Below are positions 48,639-57,869 of a stretch of 64,000 bases of DNA, piece by piece. The translations under genes were made by a program, and so were the position numbers. The notes beneath the pieces were generated by a model, which made no database searches, was not told the DNA's origin, and saw only the letters and a list, made by a program, of their open reading frames with translations. Location of the stretch: the IMG/VR virus record IMGVR_UViG_3300030389_003255, positions 1 through 64,000 of that record; one strand, 5' to 3'. Within the stretch, counting starts at the first letter, position 1. Every line of letters begins with the position of its first letter. This DNA comes from a virus.

Positions 48639-48647
48639 TATTTAAAG
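48639..48647 (-). promoter_or_regulatory. candidate archaeal TATA box for the protease-capsid operon
   Basis: CTTTAAATA on the coding strand about 30 nt upstream of the protease ATG, in an intergenic gap. Confidence 0.4.
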
Positions 48648-48664
48648 AACACGGTATTTTCTAT

Positions 48665-51154
48665 TTATTTTGGTATTTTCACAGAATTAAATTTATCTTC
48701 GTAAATATCCCAAATACCCTCATCTCCGGCTTTATCGGCAGGTTTTTGTTTATATCCAGTCCATGCTAGCCACATCTTTTTATCTTCAACAGGTAAATAT
48801 CTAATATGTAACTTAGTCTCAAATTTGTTACCTTCTAAGAAATATTCGTGATATCCATTTCTTTGTATTCCTAATTTTATCTTACCGTAATCAATGGTTT
48901 TTTTGTTTTGAACATTTTCTGAAACCTCAGCAGGGTATTTTCCCGCCGCACCAAATAAATCAAACAGTTCTTTTTCATCGTCAATCTCAATAGTCCAATG
49001 TAAATTTTTATCTTTTAATCTAATTGAAAATTGTATATTATTATCTTCTCTAAGTGATATTTTGAATTCACCCTCTCTATATTTTTCAGGAGTTTCATAT
49101 TTTTTAATTTCGTCTGCACCAAATTTAAATTCGGGGTCTGCTTTTATTTTATTATTCTGTCCTTCTAATATCGGTTCTCGCTGAACAGCCCAATCTCTTA
49201 GTTTGTTTTGTTTAGCATCTAGTATATCTTGATACAAACTCCTATGATTAGTTATTAAGAATTCATGTAGTTGTCGAGTTGTCTGCTCTCCCTTCTTAGT
49301 TAGGAATTGATGAATAGCCGCAGTAAGTTCTCCCTGTTTTGTTTTCATTATCTCTATTGCCTTGCTTTTCCACATATCTAAATCTGCTAAAGCATTCTTT
49401 GACATTAAATTGTTTTCTTCAAAGCCATACAGGGTAAAACCATTCATATCGTATTTGAGAATAGCAGTAGTTTCTCCATGAACATAATCTGTTACCTTGA
49501 TTCCTTTTTCCAATGCTGAAACATCATAGTTCAAAGACTTCTTTGTGTCTTTAGCAAGCATGGCTAAAGTAACTAATTTATCCGGATATTCTACTTCCGG
49601 AACTTCGATTACCTTAGCAGAAAATAAAGAGTAGCCGTTAGCCGTTTTCTTAACTTCATCTACCTTTACTCTAATAATATCCCCAACATCAACCGCTATC
49701 TTAGTGTTTAGTGCTTTACCTACATTTAGATATCTTGTATCATCTATTTCAACAGTATTAGGTATATCATCTAGTATTGGGCCAACTCCTACACTATAAG
49801 AATGCAAGCCACTTTTTGTCTTAGTTTTGCTAAGAACCACTACATCTAAATCTACAAACTTCTTCCATTTGACCCACTTAGGATTCTTTTTAGTTCCCAC
49901 ATAATATATTGAAGTAATGTCTTTTATCATGACTCCTTCCGCAGTAGGAATATCCATTATGTCTTTAGAGTATTCTGCTACCTCCTTAATTGAATCAGCA
50001 AAGCGAGTATCTTTCTTTGAGGGGAAAAGCAGAACATCAGAAGAGTGCTGTGAATAATTATTAAACAAAGTCCTAATTCTACTATCTAATTCTTCTTCTA
50101 ATAACATTTGAGAATCGTGTCTCATAATATCAAAGACATGGGCTTTTAGAGTGGCTTCAGGATATTTATTTTTAAACACATGAGCAATTGTATCAGCCCG
50201 ATGCAGTGCTTCTTTACCATCAAATAAAATCAATTCTGCATCTAAAATACACTCTCCGAAGTGTTTTGCTTTTAATTCTTTAACTATGTCTTTACACTTT
50301 TCAGTAATATCCTTTTCATTATATGAGTATATCTTTACATTACCGTCTATCTTATGCAGTTGTATTCTCATACCGTCATACTTTTCTTGAACAATATATT
50401 CTCCACTAAATCCTTTTAGTTCGTTCATATCATTTATCTCAAATATTCTATACATTGGTTTGTTGGGAATAATAAAGTCGCTTTGGGCTTTTTCTGCTTT
50501 CTTCATATCAATATCTAAAAGTTCATCCCAATCTTCTTCACTGTGTTGTGAAAAGTAAATTAACTCTAACATATCCATAGCGGCTTTAACTTTGGATTTG
50601 ACTTTTTTAGAATCTTTATCATCACCATAGTTTTCTATTATGTATAGTGCTACATCATCCGGTTCTAAATCTAGTCCTGCTAGTCCATCGGTTAAAGTAT
50701 CCTCTTCCATATCTTTTATTTGTAGGGTTTCTTTTCCTAGCGCATGAGTGTTATCTCTGATAGCATAATGAACAAACTTAACCATAGATTCAGGATTATC
50801 TAGTAACTCTTCTAAGACACCCTCTCCAAATCTTTTGGCAAATGGGTCTATAACGACATCCGATTTATATCTAATAAGTTTAATATCTTCATAAAGTTCT
50901 CTTGCTTGAGGAGATGTGGGGTCACTAACATCTTGATGTTCTAATAGATTTCTTTCTATAAAGTTCTTTAATTCTCTGCCTGCTATATCTAAGTCATCAT
51001 AAGATTCTCTAACTTGCTCTACAGCCTTTCTCCATTTGTGACCGTATTCTTTAGGGTCACTATTAGCCGATAAGAAAGCAACTCTAGATATCTCAAATAA
51101 TTTTACTAACTCTACCGAAGGACGCTTATCCTTTTCTAAAGAGCCGAGTTTCAA
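48665..51154 (-). CDS. second ATP-dependent DNA ligase with N-terminal helical extension and LigD phosphoesterase-like C-terminal domain
   Basis: QEKYDGMR, ILDAEL, VFDIM, EGVMIK and WVKWK; C-terminal DYGKIKLG...EYFLEGNKF...WLAW. Confidence 0.85.
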   Translation of the reverse strand: MKLGSLEKDKRPSVELVKLFEISRVAFLSANSDPKEYGHKWRKAVEQVRESYDDLDIAGRELKNFIERNLLEHQDVSDPTSPQARELYEDIKLIRYKSDVVIDPFAKRFGEGVLEELLDNPESMVKFVHYAIRDNTHALGKETLQIKDMEEDTLTDGLAGLDLEPDDVALYIIENYGDDKDSKKVKSKVKAAMDMLELIYFSQHSEEDWDELLDIDMKKAEKAQSDFIIPNKPMYRIFEINDMNELKGFSGEYIVQEKYDGMRIQLHKIDGNVKIYSYNEKDITEKCKDIVKELKAKHFGECILDAELILFDGKEALHRADTIAHVFKNKYPEATLKAHVFDIMRHDSQMLLEEELDSRIRTLFNNYSQHSSDVLLFPSKKDTRFADSIKEVAEYSKDIMDIPTAEGVMIKDITSIYYVGTKKNPKWVKWKKFVDLDVVVLSKTKTKSGLHSYSVGVGPILDDIPNTVEIDDTRYLNVGKALNTKIAVDVGDIIRVKVDEVKKTANGYSLFSAKVIEVPEVEYPDKLVTLAMLAKDTKKSLNYDVSALEKGIKVTDYVHGETTAILKYDMNGFTLYGFEENNLMSKNALADLDMWKSKAIEIMKTKQGELTAAIHQFLTKKGEQTTRQLHEFLITNHRSLYQDILDAKQNKLRDWAVQREPILEGQNNKIKADPEFKFGADEIKKYETPEKYREGEFKISLREDNNIQFSIRLKDKNLHWTIEIDDEKELFDLFGAAGKYPAEVSENVQNKKTIDYGKIKLGIQRNGYHEYFLEGNKFETKLHIRYLPVEDKKMWLAWTGYKQKPADKAGDEGIWDIYEDKFNSVKIPK

Positions 51155-51168
51155 AACAACCCCGCCCT

Positions 51169-51417
51169 TTAGAACTCATATGTATCTCCGGCTTGGCCGT
51201 AACCTACATTTGTTCCTTCTTTTTGACTTTCTGGAACATTTTCCTCTTCTTTTGCTTTAGGTCTTTTTAGTTTCACTGCTTCATTTTTATCTTCAGAGGG
51301 AAGCCTATTATTATCTGTAAGAGATTGATGTAGTATTTCTTTAACCTCTTTAGCCTTCTCTATGGTCATAGAAATGACTCTTTCTTCCTTTGTTACTCTT
51401 TCCGGCATATACATCAT
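51169..51417 (-). CDS. hypothetical protein
   Basis: Coupled ORF in the head region. Confidence 0.55.
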   Translation of the reverse strand: MMYMPERVTKEERVISMTIEKAKEVKEILHQSLTDNNRLPSEDKNEAVKLKRPKAKEEENVPESQKEGTNVGYGQAGDTYEF

Positions 51418-51653
51418 CCCATACTGTCTACCATTTTATGAATTTCGCTCCATTCCATGCCACTTACTTCTTCCTTAGTATCTATTACTTTCATTGTAGG
51501 AGATGGGCTATCAACAACAACAAAACCGGATTTCATTAATAGATTATCGTCATTGTAAACCGTTCTTTCTAAGTTTTCTATCTTAGCAGTAAGGGCTTTT
51601 ATTATTTCAAGTAGTTCTTTATTAATTGATTCTTCTTCACTCATCTTTCTCAC
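51414..51653 (-). CDS. small scaffold-like protein
   Basis: Coiled coil, then C-terminal MEWSEIHKMV, nearly identical to the scaffold C-terminus MDWSEIHKMV. Confidence 0.65.
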   Translation of the reverse strand: MRKMSEEESINKELLEIIKALTAKIENLERTVYNDDNLLMKSGFVVVDSPSPTMKVIDTKEEVSGMEWSEIHKMVDSMG

Positions 51654-52002
51654 CTTTTCTTTTTGGATAAACTAAATCTCTAATCTGTCTATAAAGCAGT
51701 TCATACTCTTTACGAAGTTTCGTAGCAGTGGCGACTATATCAATATTCCTTTCATCCATTGACTTAACCTTTTTATTTAATTTTTTATCGGCTTTGGTAA
51801 AATCTAAGCCATCAATCATCTCTAATAAATCGCCTAATTTGGTAAAATCTTGACCAAAAAATTCAGTTGGTTCAGCCGCTTGTAATGTTTTCTTTAATTT
51901 CTTTTTCTGTTTAGGGTTCAAAGAGTCTAATATATTTTGAGACTTCTTTTCCTCTTTAGATATATCGAATGTTTTTCCCTCTTCATAATAATCCCATGTC
52001 AT
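51637..52002 (-). CDS. hypothetical head-region protein
   Basis: 121 aa, starts MTW. Confidence 0.6.
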   Translation of the reverse strand: MTWDYYEEGKTFDISKEEKKSQNILDSLNPKQKKKLKKTLQAAEPTEFFGQDFTKLGDLLEMIDGLDFTKADKKLNKKVKSMDERNIDIVATATKLRKEYELLYRQIRDLVYPKRKGEKDE

Positions 52003-52370
52003 TTTATCAATCTCCTTTTAGCCTTCTTTAATTCATCTTCGCAAGTTCTCTTAACTGAACTAATAACGGATTAAAATCATTTTGTAGTTTATTTTGTAAT
52101 TTCGACTCATCTCCCATATAGGAATTTTCATAATAGTCTATTAGGTCATATGCCTCTTCAAGAACTTCTTGAAATTTTCTTCCACGCTCAGTTTGAAAAA
52201 ATCCCTCTTTTTCCTCATTTACAAAATCTCCATAATCATCTAATATGGCTCTTTTTTTAGAGAATAATTTATTCCTTTTTCCTGCCACTTCGGGCATAAA
52301 TCTCCTTGCATCTGATATTGCGTCTCTTGTGCTTATTTTTATAATATCTTTCCATGTCATTTTATCAATC
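51994..52370. repeat. 19 bp direct repeat (51994-52012 and 52352-52370) bracketing ORF 52028..52360
   Basis: ccatgtcattttatcaatc is exact at both sites; it covers the start region and M-T-W codons. Confidence 0.85.
52028..52360 (-). CDS. WxxILK-tag protein
   Basis: Starts MTWKDIIK. Confidence 0.65.
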   Translation of the reverse strand: MTWKDIIKISTRDAISDARRFMPEVAGKRNKLFSKKRAILDDYGDFVNEEKEGFFQTERGRKFQEVLEEAYDLIDYYENSYMGDESKLQNKLQNDFNPLLVQLRELAKMN

Positions 52371-54068
52371 CCTTTTATCTAACATATTTCTAACTATATT
52401 TATCTGTTCTTGTAAAGAATCAAATCTAGTATTTACTCTGTCTACTAACTCTCCAATAAGTCTAACTTCTTTAGGGGTAGTATCTCCTATTCCTGCTCCT
52501 ACTTTTCCATACATATTCAGGTCTAGACTTACACTCTTTTCGGCGTTTCCTATCCACTCTTCTAAAGACTGTTCATTTTCTTTGTTTAGTTGTCTTAATA
52601 TTCTGTCTATTTCCTTTATTCCCTGTGCGGCAAGTTTTACTTTGTTGCCTAAAGTCACTTGGGCTTGGAATATCTCTTGGTCTCCTGTATATTCTCCAAT
52701 CAGACCCCTAGCGTTACGAAATAGTGGCCTATATTTTTCTACAGTTTTTAATTTAGTTTCTATTTCTGCAAGTCTTTCTTTTTCTATTTTCAACTGACCT
52801 TCTATTTCTCTTTGAATGTCTTTTCTTGCTTCCTGTAATATTTCCGGCTGTGCAGACTGAAGTTCTTCCAACATATCTTCTATCTGTTTTTTGGTTAATC
52901 TTCTAGAAGTGCCTCCTAATTTTACTCTAACTGCTCCCTCGGCCTCTTCAACTAACTGTCGCCTTGGGTCTGATTTTCTCAACTCCCTTTTTTTCTTAGC
53001 ATCTCTTTTGTATCTCTCTAATCTAGCAGTTTCTTTTTTTCTTTCTCGTTCAATGCTTTCTGCTATCTTTCGTTGCTGTTCTTCTTCTTCAGGAGTTTTA
53101 TCCCTCTTAGGTTTTTTACCAAGGGCTTCTCTAAACTTACTATCATCTACTAATGTCCTATCTGTATCATCGGAAGCAATATCCGGTAGTCTCTGCGCCA
53201 CATATTCAGCAACTTTTCTTTGAACAGTAGAATAGGCTAAGGTCAGAGCCTTCATTCTTCTTTCAATTAGTATTTCTAAGTCAGCGTCCTTTAGAGTATC
53301 TAAATCATCAATCTGTTTAGTTAGTAATTCTTTAGCACTCATAAGTTCACTAAAAGCAAACATGCTCCTATTTAACGAATTAAGCATGTCCTGTTGTATT
53401 TCCCTTTGTCTAACTATTCCACCGGTAGGGTCGCCAATAACTATGGAACTAAGAAGTCTATTCAGTTGTTGTCTACTTTTAGGTTTATCAATTAAAGAAG
53501 GAGGTATTTCACCGTTAAATCTTCTAGTATATAGCCCCTGTAAAAAAGTTAGAAAATCTTCGTCTGCACCTAGTTCGGTATATTCCCGTTGTAGTTTTTT
53601 AACATCTACTAATTCAGAACTATCGCCTTCTCCCAATCTAAACTTTCCATCAATAATAAATTCTTCATAAGGTTGCTCCATCAAAAGATTTCTTCTACTC
53701 TGTAAAAATACCAACTTGTCGATAATGATATTTATATTGGCCTTACTTATTTTCTTGAAAGTATTTCTAGACATTATATCATAAATTCCATCTTCTACTG
53801 TTCCTCTTTCCTTTATATTTTTCATGTCTTGTAGATATTGATTAAGGACTCTAATATCTCTAGCGGGTTTTCTTCTCCGCTTTTTAGCCATATCGGTCTT
53901 TAGCCTTTCAGCCGCTTCCTCTACCTCAGTTTGTTTAGTTCTATCTTCTAAAGGGTCGAGTCCCTCACTAAAATCTTCTTCTAATTTTTTATCTTCTTCT
54001 AAGTCTCTTGCTATTTCGTCAGGTATGAAGTCATCATCCTCATCTTCCTGTTTGAAAAACAAAGTCAT
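52365..54068 (-). CDS. large coiled-coil head-region protein
   Basis: 567 aa, highly charged and helical. Confidence 0.7.
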   Translation of the reverse strand: MTLFFKQEDEDDDFIPDEIARDLEEDKKLEEDFSEGLDPLEDRTKQTEVEEAAERLKTDMAKKRRRKPARDIRVLNQYLQDMKNIKERGTVEDGIYDIMSRNTFKKISKANINIIIDKLVFLQSRRNLLMEQPYEEFIIDGKFRLGEGDSSELVDVKKLQREYTELGADEDFLTFLQGLYTRRFNGEIPPSLIDKPKSRQQLNRLLSSIVIGDPTGGIVRQREIQQDMLNSLNRSMFAFSELMSAKELLTKQIDDLDTLKDADLEILIERRMKALTLAYSTVQRKVAEYVAQRLPDIASDDTDRTLVDDSKFREALGKKPKRDKTPEEEEQQRKIAESIERERKKETARLERYKRDAKKKRELRKSDPRRQLVEEAEGAVRVKLGGTSRRLTKKQIEDMLEELQSAQPEILQEARKDIQREIEGQLKIEKERLAEIETKLKTVEKYRPLFRNARGLIGEYTGDQEIFQAQVTLGNKVKLAAQGIKEIDRILRQLNKENEQSLEEWIGNAEKSVSLDLNMYGKVGAGIGDTTPKEVRLIGELVDRVNTRFDSLQEQINIVRNMLDKRD

Positions 54069-54077
54069 TTAATCACC

Positions 54078-54302
54078 TTAGAATGGAATATTTTCTTTTT
54101 TTCCTCTCTGTTTAGGTGGAAGAGTTATCACATCGGGGATATCCGCACTACTAGGCCTTGGTTTTGGTGTAGTGTCTTTTGGCAGTCCTACACTAAAATC
54201 TCTATTTTTAGTAGTCTTTCTACTTTCGTTGTTATTAGCGGCTCTCACCTGTGCCAACTCTTTTCTTAGTCTTATTTCTTTTTGTCTATTATCTTCGGTC
54301 AT
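54078..54302 (-). CDS. hypothetical protein
   Basis: ATGA-coupled to the portal gene. Confidence 0.55.
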   Translation of the reverse strand: MTEDNRQKEIRLRKELAQVRAANNNESRKTTKNRDFSVGLPKDTTPKPRPSSADIPDVITLPPKQRGKKENIPF

Positions 54303-55933
54303 GGTATTCTCCTCTCACTTCTTCTATCTACATTTTGATTGCCAGCATCTTCGGGTAATCCTGTTAGTCGCTTATCCGGCCCTACACTCATAGAAGGTTT
54401 ATTTCTTGTGGTTGCTGGATTTTCTTGTTTCTTTGAACCTTGTAGTTGTTGTTCTTGCATTTGTCCCAATTGACTTGCATCAATATTAGTTCCCGCATAA
54501 GGGTCTAGTTCGACTTTATTCTCACTAGAACCTTCTTGTGGGGGTTCTTCAACAGGTTCGGGCTTTTTGAAAGTAAAGTTTCCGTCCTCATCCATTTCAA
54601 CTTCAAAGCCTAGATTCTTAGTAGAGGCCGCAATATTAACTTCGATTTCTCTTTTTCTTAATACTGCTATTTCATCTTCTTCTTCGCTCGGTGGTAGTTT
54701 TAGATTCCAGTCAGTAATGCCGAATTGCTTAACTAAAAATGGAAATACATAATTGTTGTAAACATTCTGTGCCATTTGAACGGCTCTATTAGTTACTAAT
54801 ATCTGCATGCCTTCATTATTCAATCCACCACTAGTAGTATTATCTGCCATAAACACTTTACTAACTCCAAAGAAAGCAGAAATTCTATCTCTCAAATCAT
54901 CCTTAACAGAAACATATTCCATTTCTTTTAGACTATCCATAAATTTAATCCATTCTACAGAACCTTTGCCCTCTGCTTCTATACCCATAATAGGAATAAA
55001 GTGAGGGTCTTGTTCCATCTTTTCTTTTACGGCTTTCCAAAAAGATTGCATAGAATCCATATTTCTAGTCTGAACTGCTAATAATCCTCTAGGCATACGG
55101 CTTTTAGTATAGGAAGAATTGACATAATTTTCCATAGCAATAAGTGTCATTATGTTATTAAATAAGGTAACAATAGGAGATTGACCATATAATCTAGAAG
55201 GACTATACTTACTAAAATGTAATACTTCTCCTTTCAAGAAATACTGTTCTTCTCCAGTTGCCCTATTAACATAATGAACAGGAAATGTCTTAGCACCGCA
55301 ATGTTCACAAGGAACATGAGCGTCTTTTGAGAAAAATTCTCTATGATTAACACAAGTAAAAGCAGTATTTCCTCTTTCTCCATATTCATCAGTATAGATA
55401 TACATTGTTGCAGGGTCGCCACGATACACTTCTTTGATTCGATGCATTCTAATATCGCCATTACCATCTAAAAAGTATTCTTTTACCAATACGATGTAAG
55501 CGTCATCCATAACATTTAGGTCATCTTCTAATTGTTTTAGCACATCAATAAACAACTGCTCTGATTTATTGACATATCCCTCGATAAACTCCTCTGCATA
55601 TTTTAATTGGTCTACATCCGGAACTTTTAGTTTTTCACTACCACATCTAGAACATTCAGAGACAGGCCTTTGGTGTTTCTTTTTACAGTCTAAACACATA
55701 GCCTCGTATGCCTTTTCCCAAACATACCCTCTACGAAATATCTCTTGTTTTAATTGAGTGATACAAGTTCTAACAATTACCGACTGATTTACTATGTGGT
55801 AAATTAGAGGGGCAGTCATATGATAGGTATTTGGCCTCTCTTGTATTCCTATATTGTAGATTTGCCTATCAGCAGGTTTTGGAGTAGTTCTTCTAAATAA
55901 ATTCCTAATTGAGAATCGTCTTTGCTCAACCAT
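54299..55933 (-). CDS. portal protein with Zn-ribbon insertions
   Basis: VRTCITQL, EVLHF...LYGQSPI, MPRGLL, DMEY-like KEMEY and RISAFFGVS; between terminase and protease. Confidence 0.85.
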   Translation of the reverse strand: MVEQRRFSIRNLFRRTTPKPADRQIYNIGIQERPNTYHMTAPLIYHIVNQSVIVRTCITQLKQEIFRRGYVWEKAYEAMCLDCKKKHQRPVSECSRCGSEKLKVPDVDQLKYAEEFIEGYVNKSEQLFIDVLKQLEDDLNVMDDAYIVLVKEYFLDGNGDIRMHRIKEVYRGDPATMYIYTDEYGERGNTAFTCVNHREFFSKDAHVPCEHCGAKTFPVHYVNRATGEEQYFLKGEVLHFSKYSPSRLYGQSPIVTLFNNIMTLIAMENYVNSSYTKSRMPRGLLAVQTRNMDSMQSFWKAVKEKMEQDPHFIPIMGIEAEGKGSVEWIKFMDSLKEMEYVSVKDDLRDRISAFFGVSKVFMADNTTSGGLNNEGMQILVTNRAVQMAQNVYNNYVFPFLVKQFGITDWNLKLPPSEEEDEIAVLRKREIEVNIAASTKNLGFEVEMDEDGNFTFKKPEPVEEPPQEGSSENKVELDPYAGTNIDASQLGQMQEQQLQGSKKQENPATTRNKPSMSVGPDKRLTGLPEDAGNQNVDRRSERRIP

Positions 55934-55985
55934 ATAACTTACCCCTAATCATTCTCAATCTACTACACATTATAGTATCTTTGGC

Positions 55986-56324
55986 TCAACTTCCCTTTCG
56001 CCATTTTTTATTTTTCTTTTCTTTTGTTTTTCTAGGACTCCATTTTACTTTATCAGCCCAATAAGCCGCAGACATTTTACCCCTCTTAATATTCTTCTTA
56101 TGTCTACTTTTGAAAGCCCTTCGCTGTCCTGCGGTTTGATTTGTTTTTACTCCTTGTTGTCCAAACCTAATTGTTTTTACTTTATCACCATCTTTTACAA
56201 CAACAATGTGAGATTTACTTGGGTGCTTTGGAGTTCTTTTTGGCTTGCTAAATCCACTTACTCCGGCTCTAGCAAGAGCAGGATGTTTCTTCTTCTTTTT
56301 GAGAATATCCATCCAATTACTCAT
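55986..56324 (-). CDS. basic WxxILK-tag protein (KTIRFGQQG...RH...SAAYWA family)
   Basis: Starts MSNWMDILKK; very Lys/Arg-rich. Confidence 0.7.
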   Translation of the reverse strand: MSNWMDILKKKKKHPALARAGVSGFSKPKRTPKHPSKSHIVVVKDGDKVKTIRFGQQGVKTNQTAGQRRAFKSRHKKNIKRGKMSAAYWADKVKWSPRKTKEKKNKKWRKGS

Positions 56325-56884
56325 AAGCATCACCTAACATATATCCTATTTTTTTTCCCGCCTCTATATCGCTTGGATAGTGGCTTCCCATCTGTATTCT
56401 AGATAATGATATTCTATCGGCCATTTGTTTTAATTGTTTCTTCTTTTTCGGAAACTTTCTACCTAACACTCTTTCTAACCCATGTGCTAGCATAGAATGA
56501 CCACTAGGGAAAGCAGGAGTATCATCGGTTGTTGTTTTCGTTGTGGGTATTTTATTACTCACTTGAAATGGTCTAGGTCTTTTATATTTCATTTTTTCAG
56601 TGATAGCGTAGTGATTCACATCTAACATAAAATCTTCATAGTCATCCCTATTCTCTCCAACGATTTTAAACATCTCTATATCAGGCTTTAAATCAGCATC
56701 TTTCATTTCTGTTGGTTCAAGTTTCTTTTCTTTCATAACCTTTAGAACTTCAGGTATTTCTTTTTCTTCTTTAGGGTAACTCATTTCAGGTATCTTTATT
56801 TTTATTGATGGAGTTCTCTTTAAGGATTCTTTTCTATTAGCGGCAAGTTCTCCCTGCCACTTTCTTTTGAGAATATCCATCCAA
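56297..56884. repeat. 20 bp direct repeat (56297-56316 and 56865-56884) bracketing the PAP2 gene body
   Basis: ttttgagaatatccatccaa is exact at both sites; it encodes W-M-D-I-L-K on the - strand. Confidence 0.85.
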
Positions 56885-56889
56885 CTCAT
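56317..56889 (-). CDS. PAP2-family phosphatase/haloperoxidase-like protein with WxxILK tag
   Basis: K-x4-RPRP, PAFPSGH and SRIQMGSHYPSD; starts MSWMDILKR. Confidence 0.85.
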   Translation of the reverse strand: MSWMDILKRKWQGELAANRKESLKRTPSIKIKIPEMSYPKEEKEIPEVLKVMKEKKLEPTEMKDADLKPDIEMFKIVGENRDDYEDFMLDVNHYAITEKMKYKRPRPFQVSNKIPTTKTTTDDTPAFPSGHSMLAHGLERVLGRKFPKKKKQLKQMADRISLSRIQMGSHYPSDIEAGKKIGYMLGDAYE

Positions 56890-56893
56890 GCTA

Positions 56894-57097
56894 TCACTTT
56901 GGTTTATGAGTGTAAATATCTCCATCTTTATGCATGAATATCTTACCGTCTTTTTCTAATTCGGCTAAGGCTCGTTTTATTTCCGCTTCTTCACCAAATT
57001 GTTTTAGATTCTTCATACCCAATGCCCCGCCTTCTTTTTTAATTTCAGCAAGAATTTTTGCTTTTATGTCTTGTTTTATTATGTCCTTCCATGTCAT
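56894..57097 (-). CDS. small winged-helix-like protein with WxxILK tag
   Basis: MTWKDIIK...IKRALAELEKDGKIFMH. Confidence 0.6.
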   Translation of the reverse strand: MTWKDIIKQDIKAKILAEIKKEGGALGMKNLKQFGEEAEIKRALAELEKDGKIFMHKDGDIYTHKPK

Positions 57098-57549
57098 GCT
57101 TTCATCCTCTTTGTTTTTTCCTTGCTTGATTCTCTTCTTGCTAATGCTACTTTATGTGCCGCATTCAATCTCTTTTTTGCTTCAGGGTCTTTAGCCCTTC
57201 TAGCCGCAACTCTCGCTCTTTGTTCTACTAAATTAATTATTTGTGATTGTCTTTTGTGAGGTTTATCTTTAAACGCAGAACTTGAGAAGGTTTCTCTTAC
57301 ATCTTGTGCTGTTCTAAATTTTACGGGAACAGTATCTTTTGGATTCTCATCTGTATATAGCCTTCTAGCAGAACCCTTTGGTTTTTTACCAGTTCCTTTT
57401 TTGGGGTCTTTCTTTAGAATATCTTGCCAACTCTTTTTTACATAACCGCTAGCATAAGCCGCTTGAGCGACTTGAACCGCTTTCTTTCTTGTTTTAAATG
57501 GCCCTCTAGAACCCCAATAATAACCATCTTTCTTTTTAGTAATAGGCAT
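57094..57549 (-). CDS. basic two-module protein with internal WQDILK
   Basis: MPITKKKDGYYWG...ASGY-VKKSWQDILKK-DPKKGTGKKP... Confidence 0.65.
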   Translation of the reverse strand: MPITKKKDGYYWGSRGPFKTRKKAVQVAQAAYASGYVKKSWQDILKKDPKKGTGKKPKGSARRLYTDENPKDTVPVKFRTAQDVRETFSSSAFKDKPHKRQSQIINLVEQRARVAARRAKDPEAKKRLNAAHKVALARRESSKEKTKRMKA

Positions 57550-57554
57550 ATTAA

Positions 57555-57863
57555 TCACTTTCTAGTAAATTCAGTAGTTTTTTTATATCTCTCAGCAATA
57601 TTAGCCCCTACCACTATACGCATTCCCACTTGACCCATCCAATTATTAAGTTTAGAATATATTGACCTTCTATTTCTAAAAATATTTGAAGGAACATTAT
57701 TTATTTTCATATTCTGTATGAACTTATCAATAAATTTTTTATCCTTTAAATTAAACTTTTGACCTGTAGGTATTTCTTCAACTGTTTGTATCAAAGACTT
57801 CTTAACTTTTTTAAAATGCTTGCTTAAAAAATTAGAAGATTTCAAAATACTAATCCATTTCAT
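57555..57863 (-). CDS. WxxILK-tag protein
   Basis: Starts MKWISILKS. Confidence 0.6.
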   Translation of the reverse strand: MKWISILKSSNFLSKHFKKVKKSLIQTVEEIPTGQKFNLKDKKFIDKFIQNMKINNVPSNIFRNRRSIYSKLNNWMGQVGMRIVVGANIAERYKKTTEFTRK

Positions 57864-57869
57864 GGTTAA

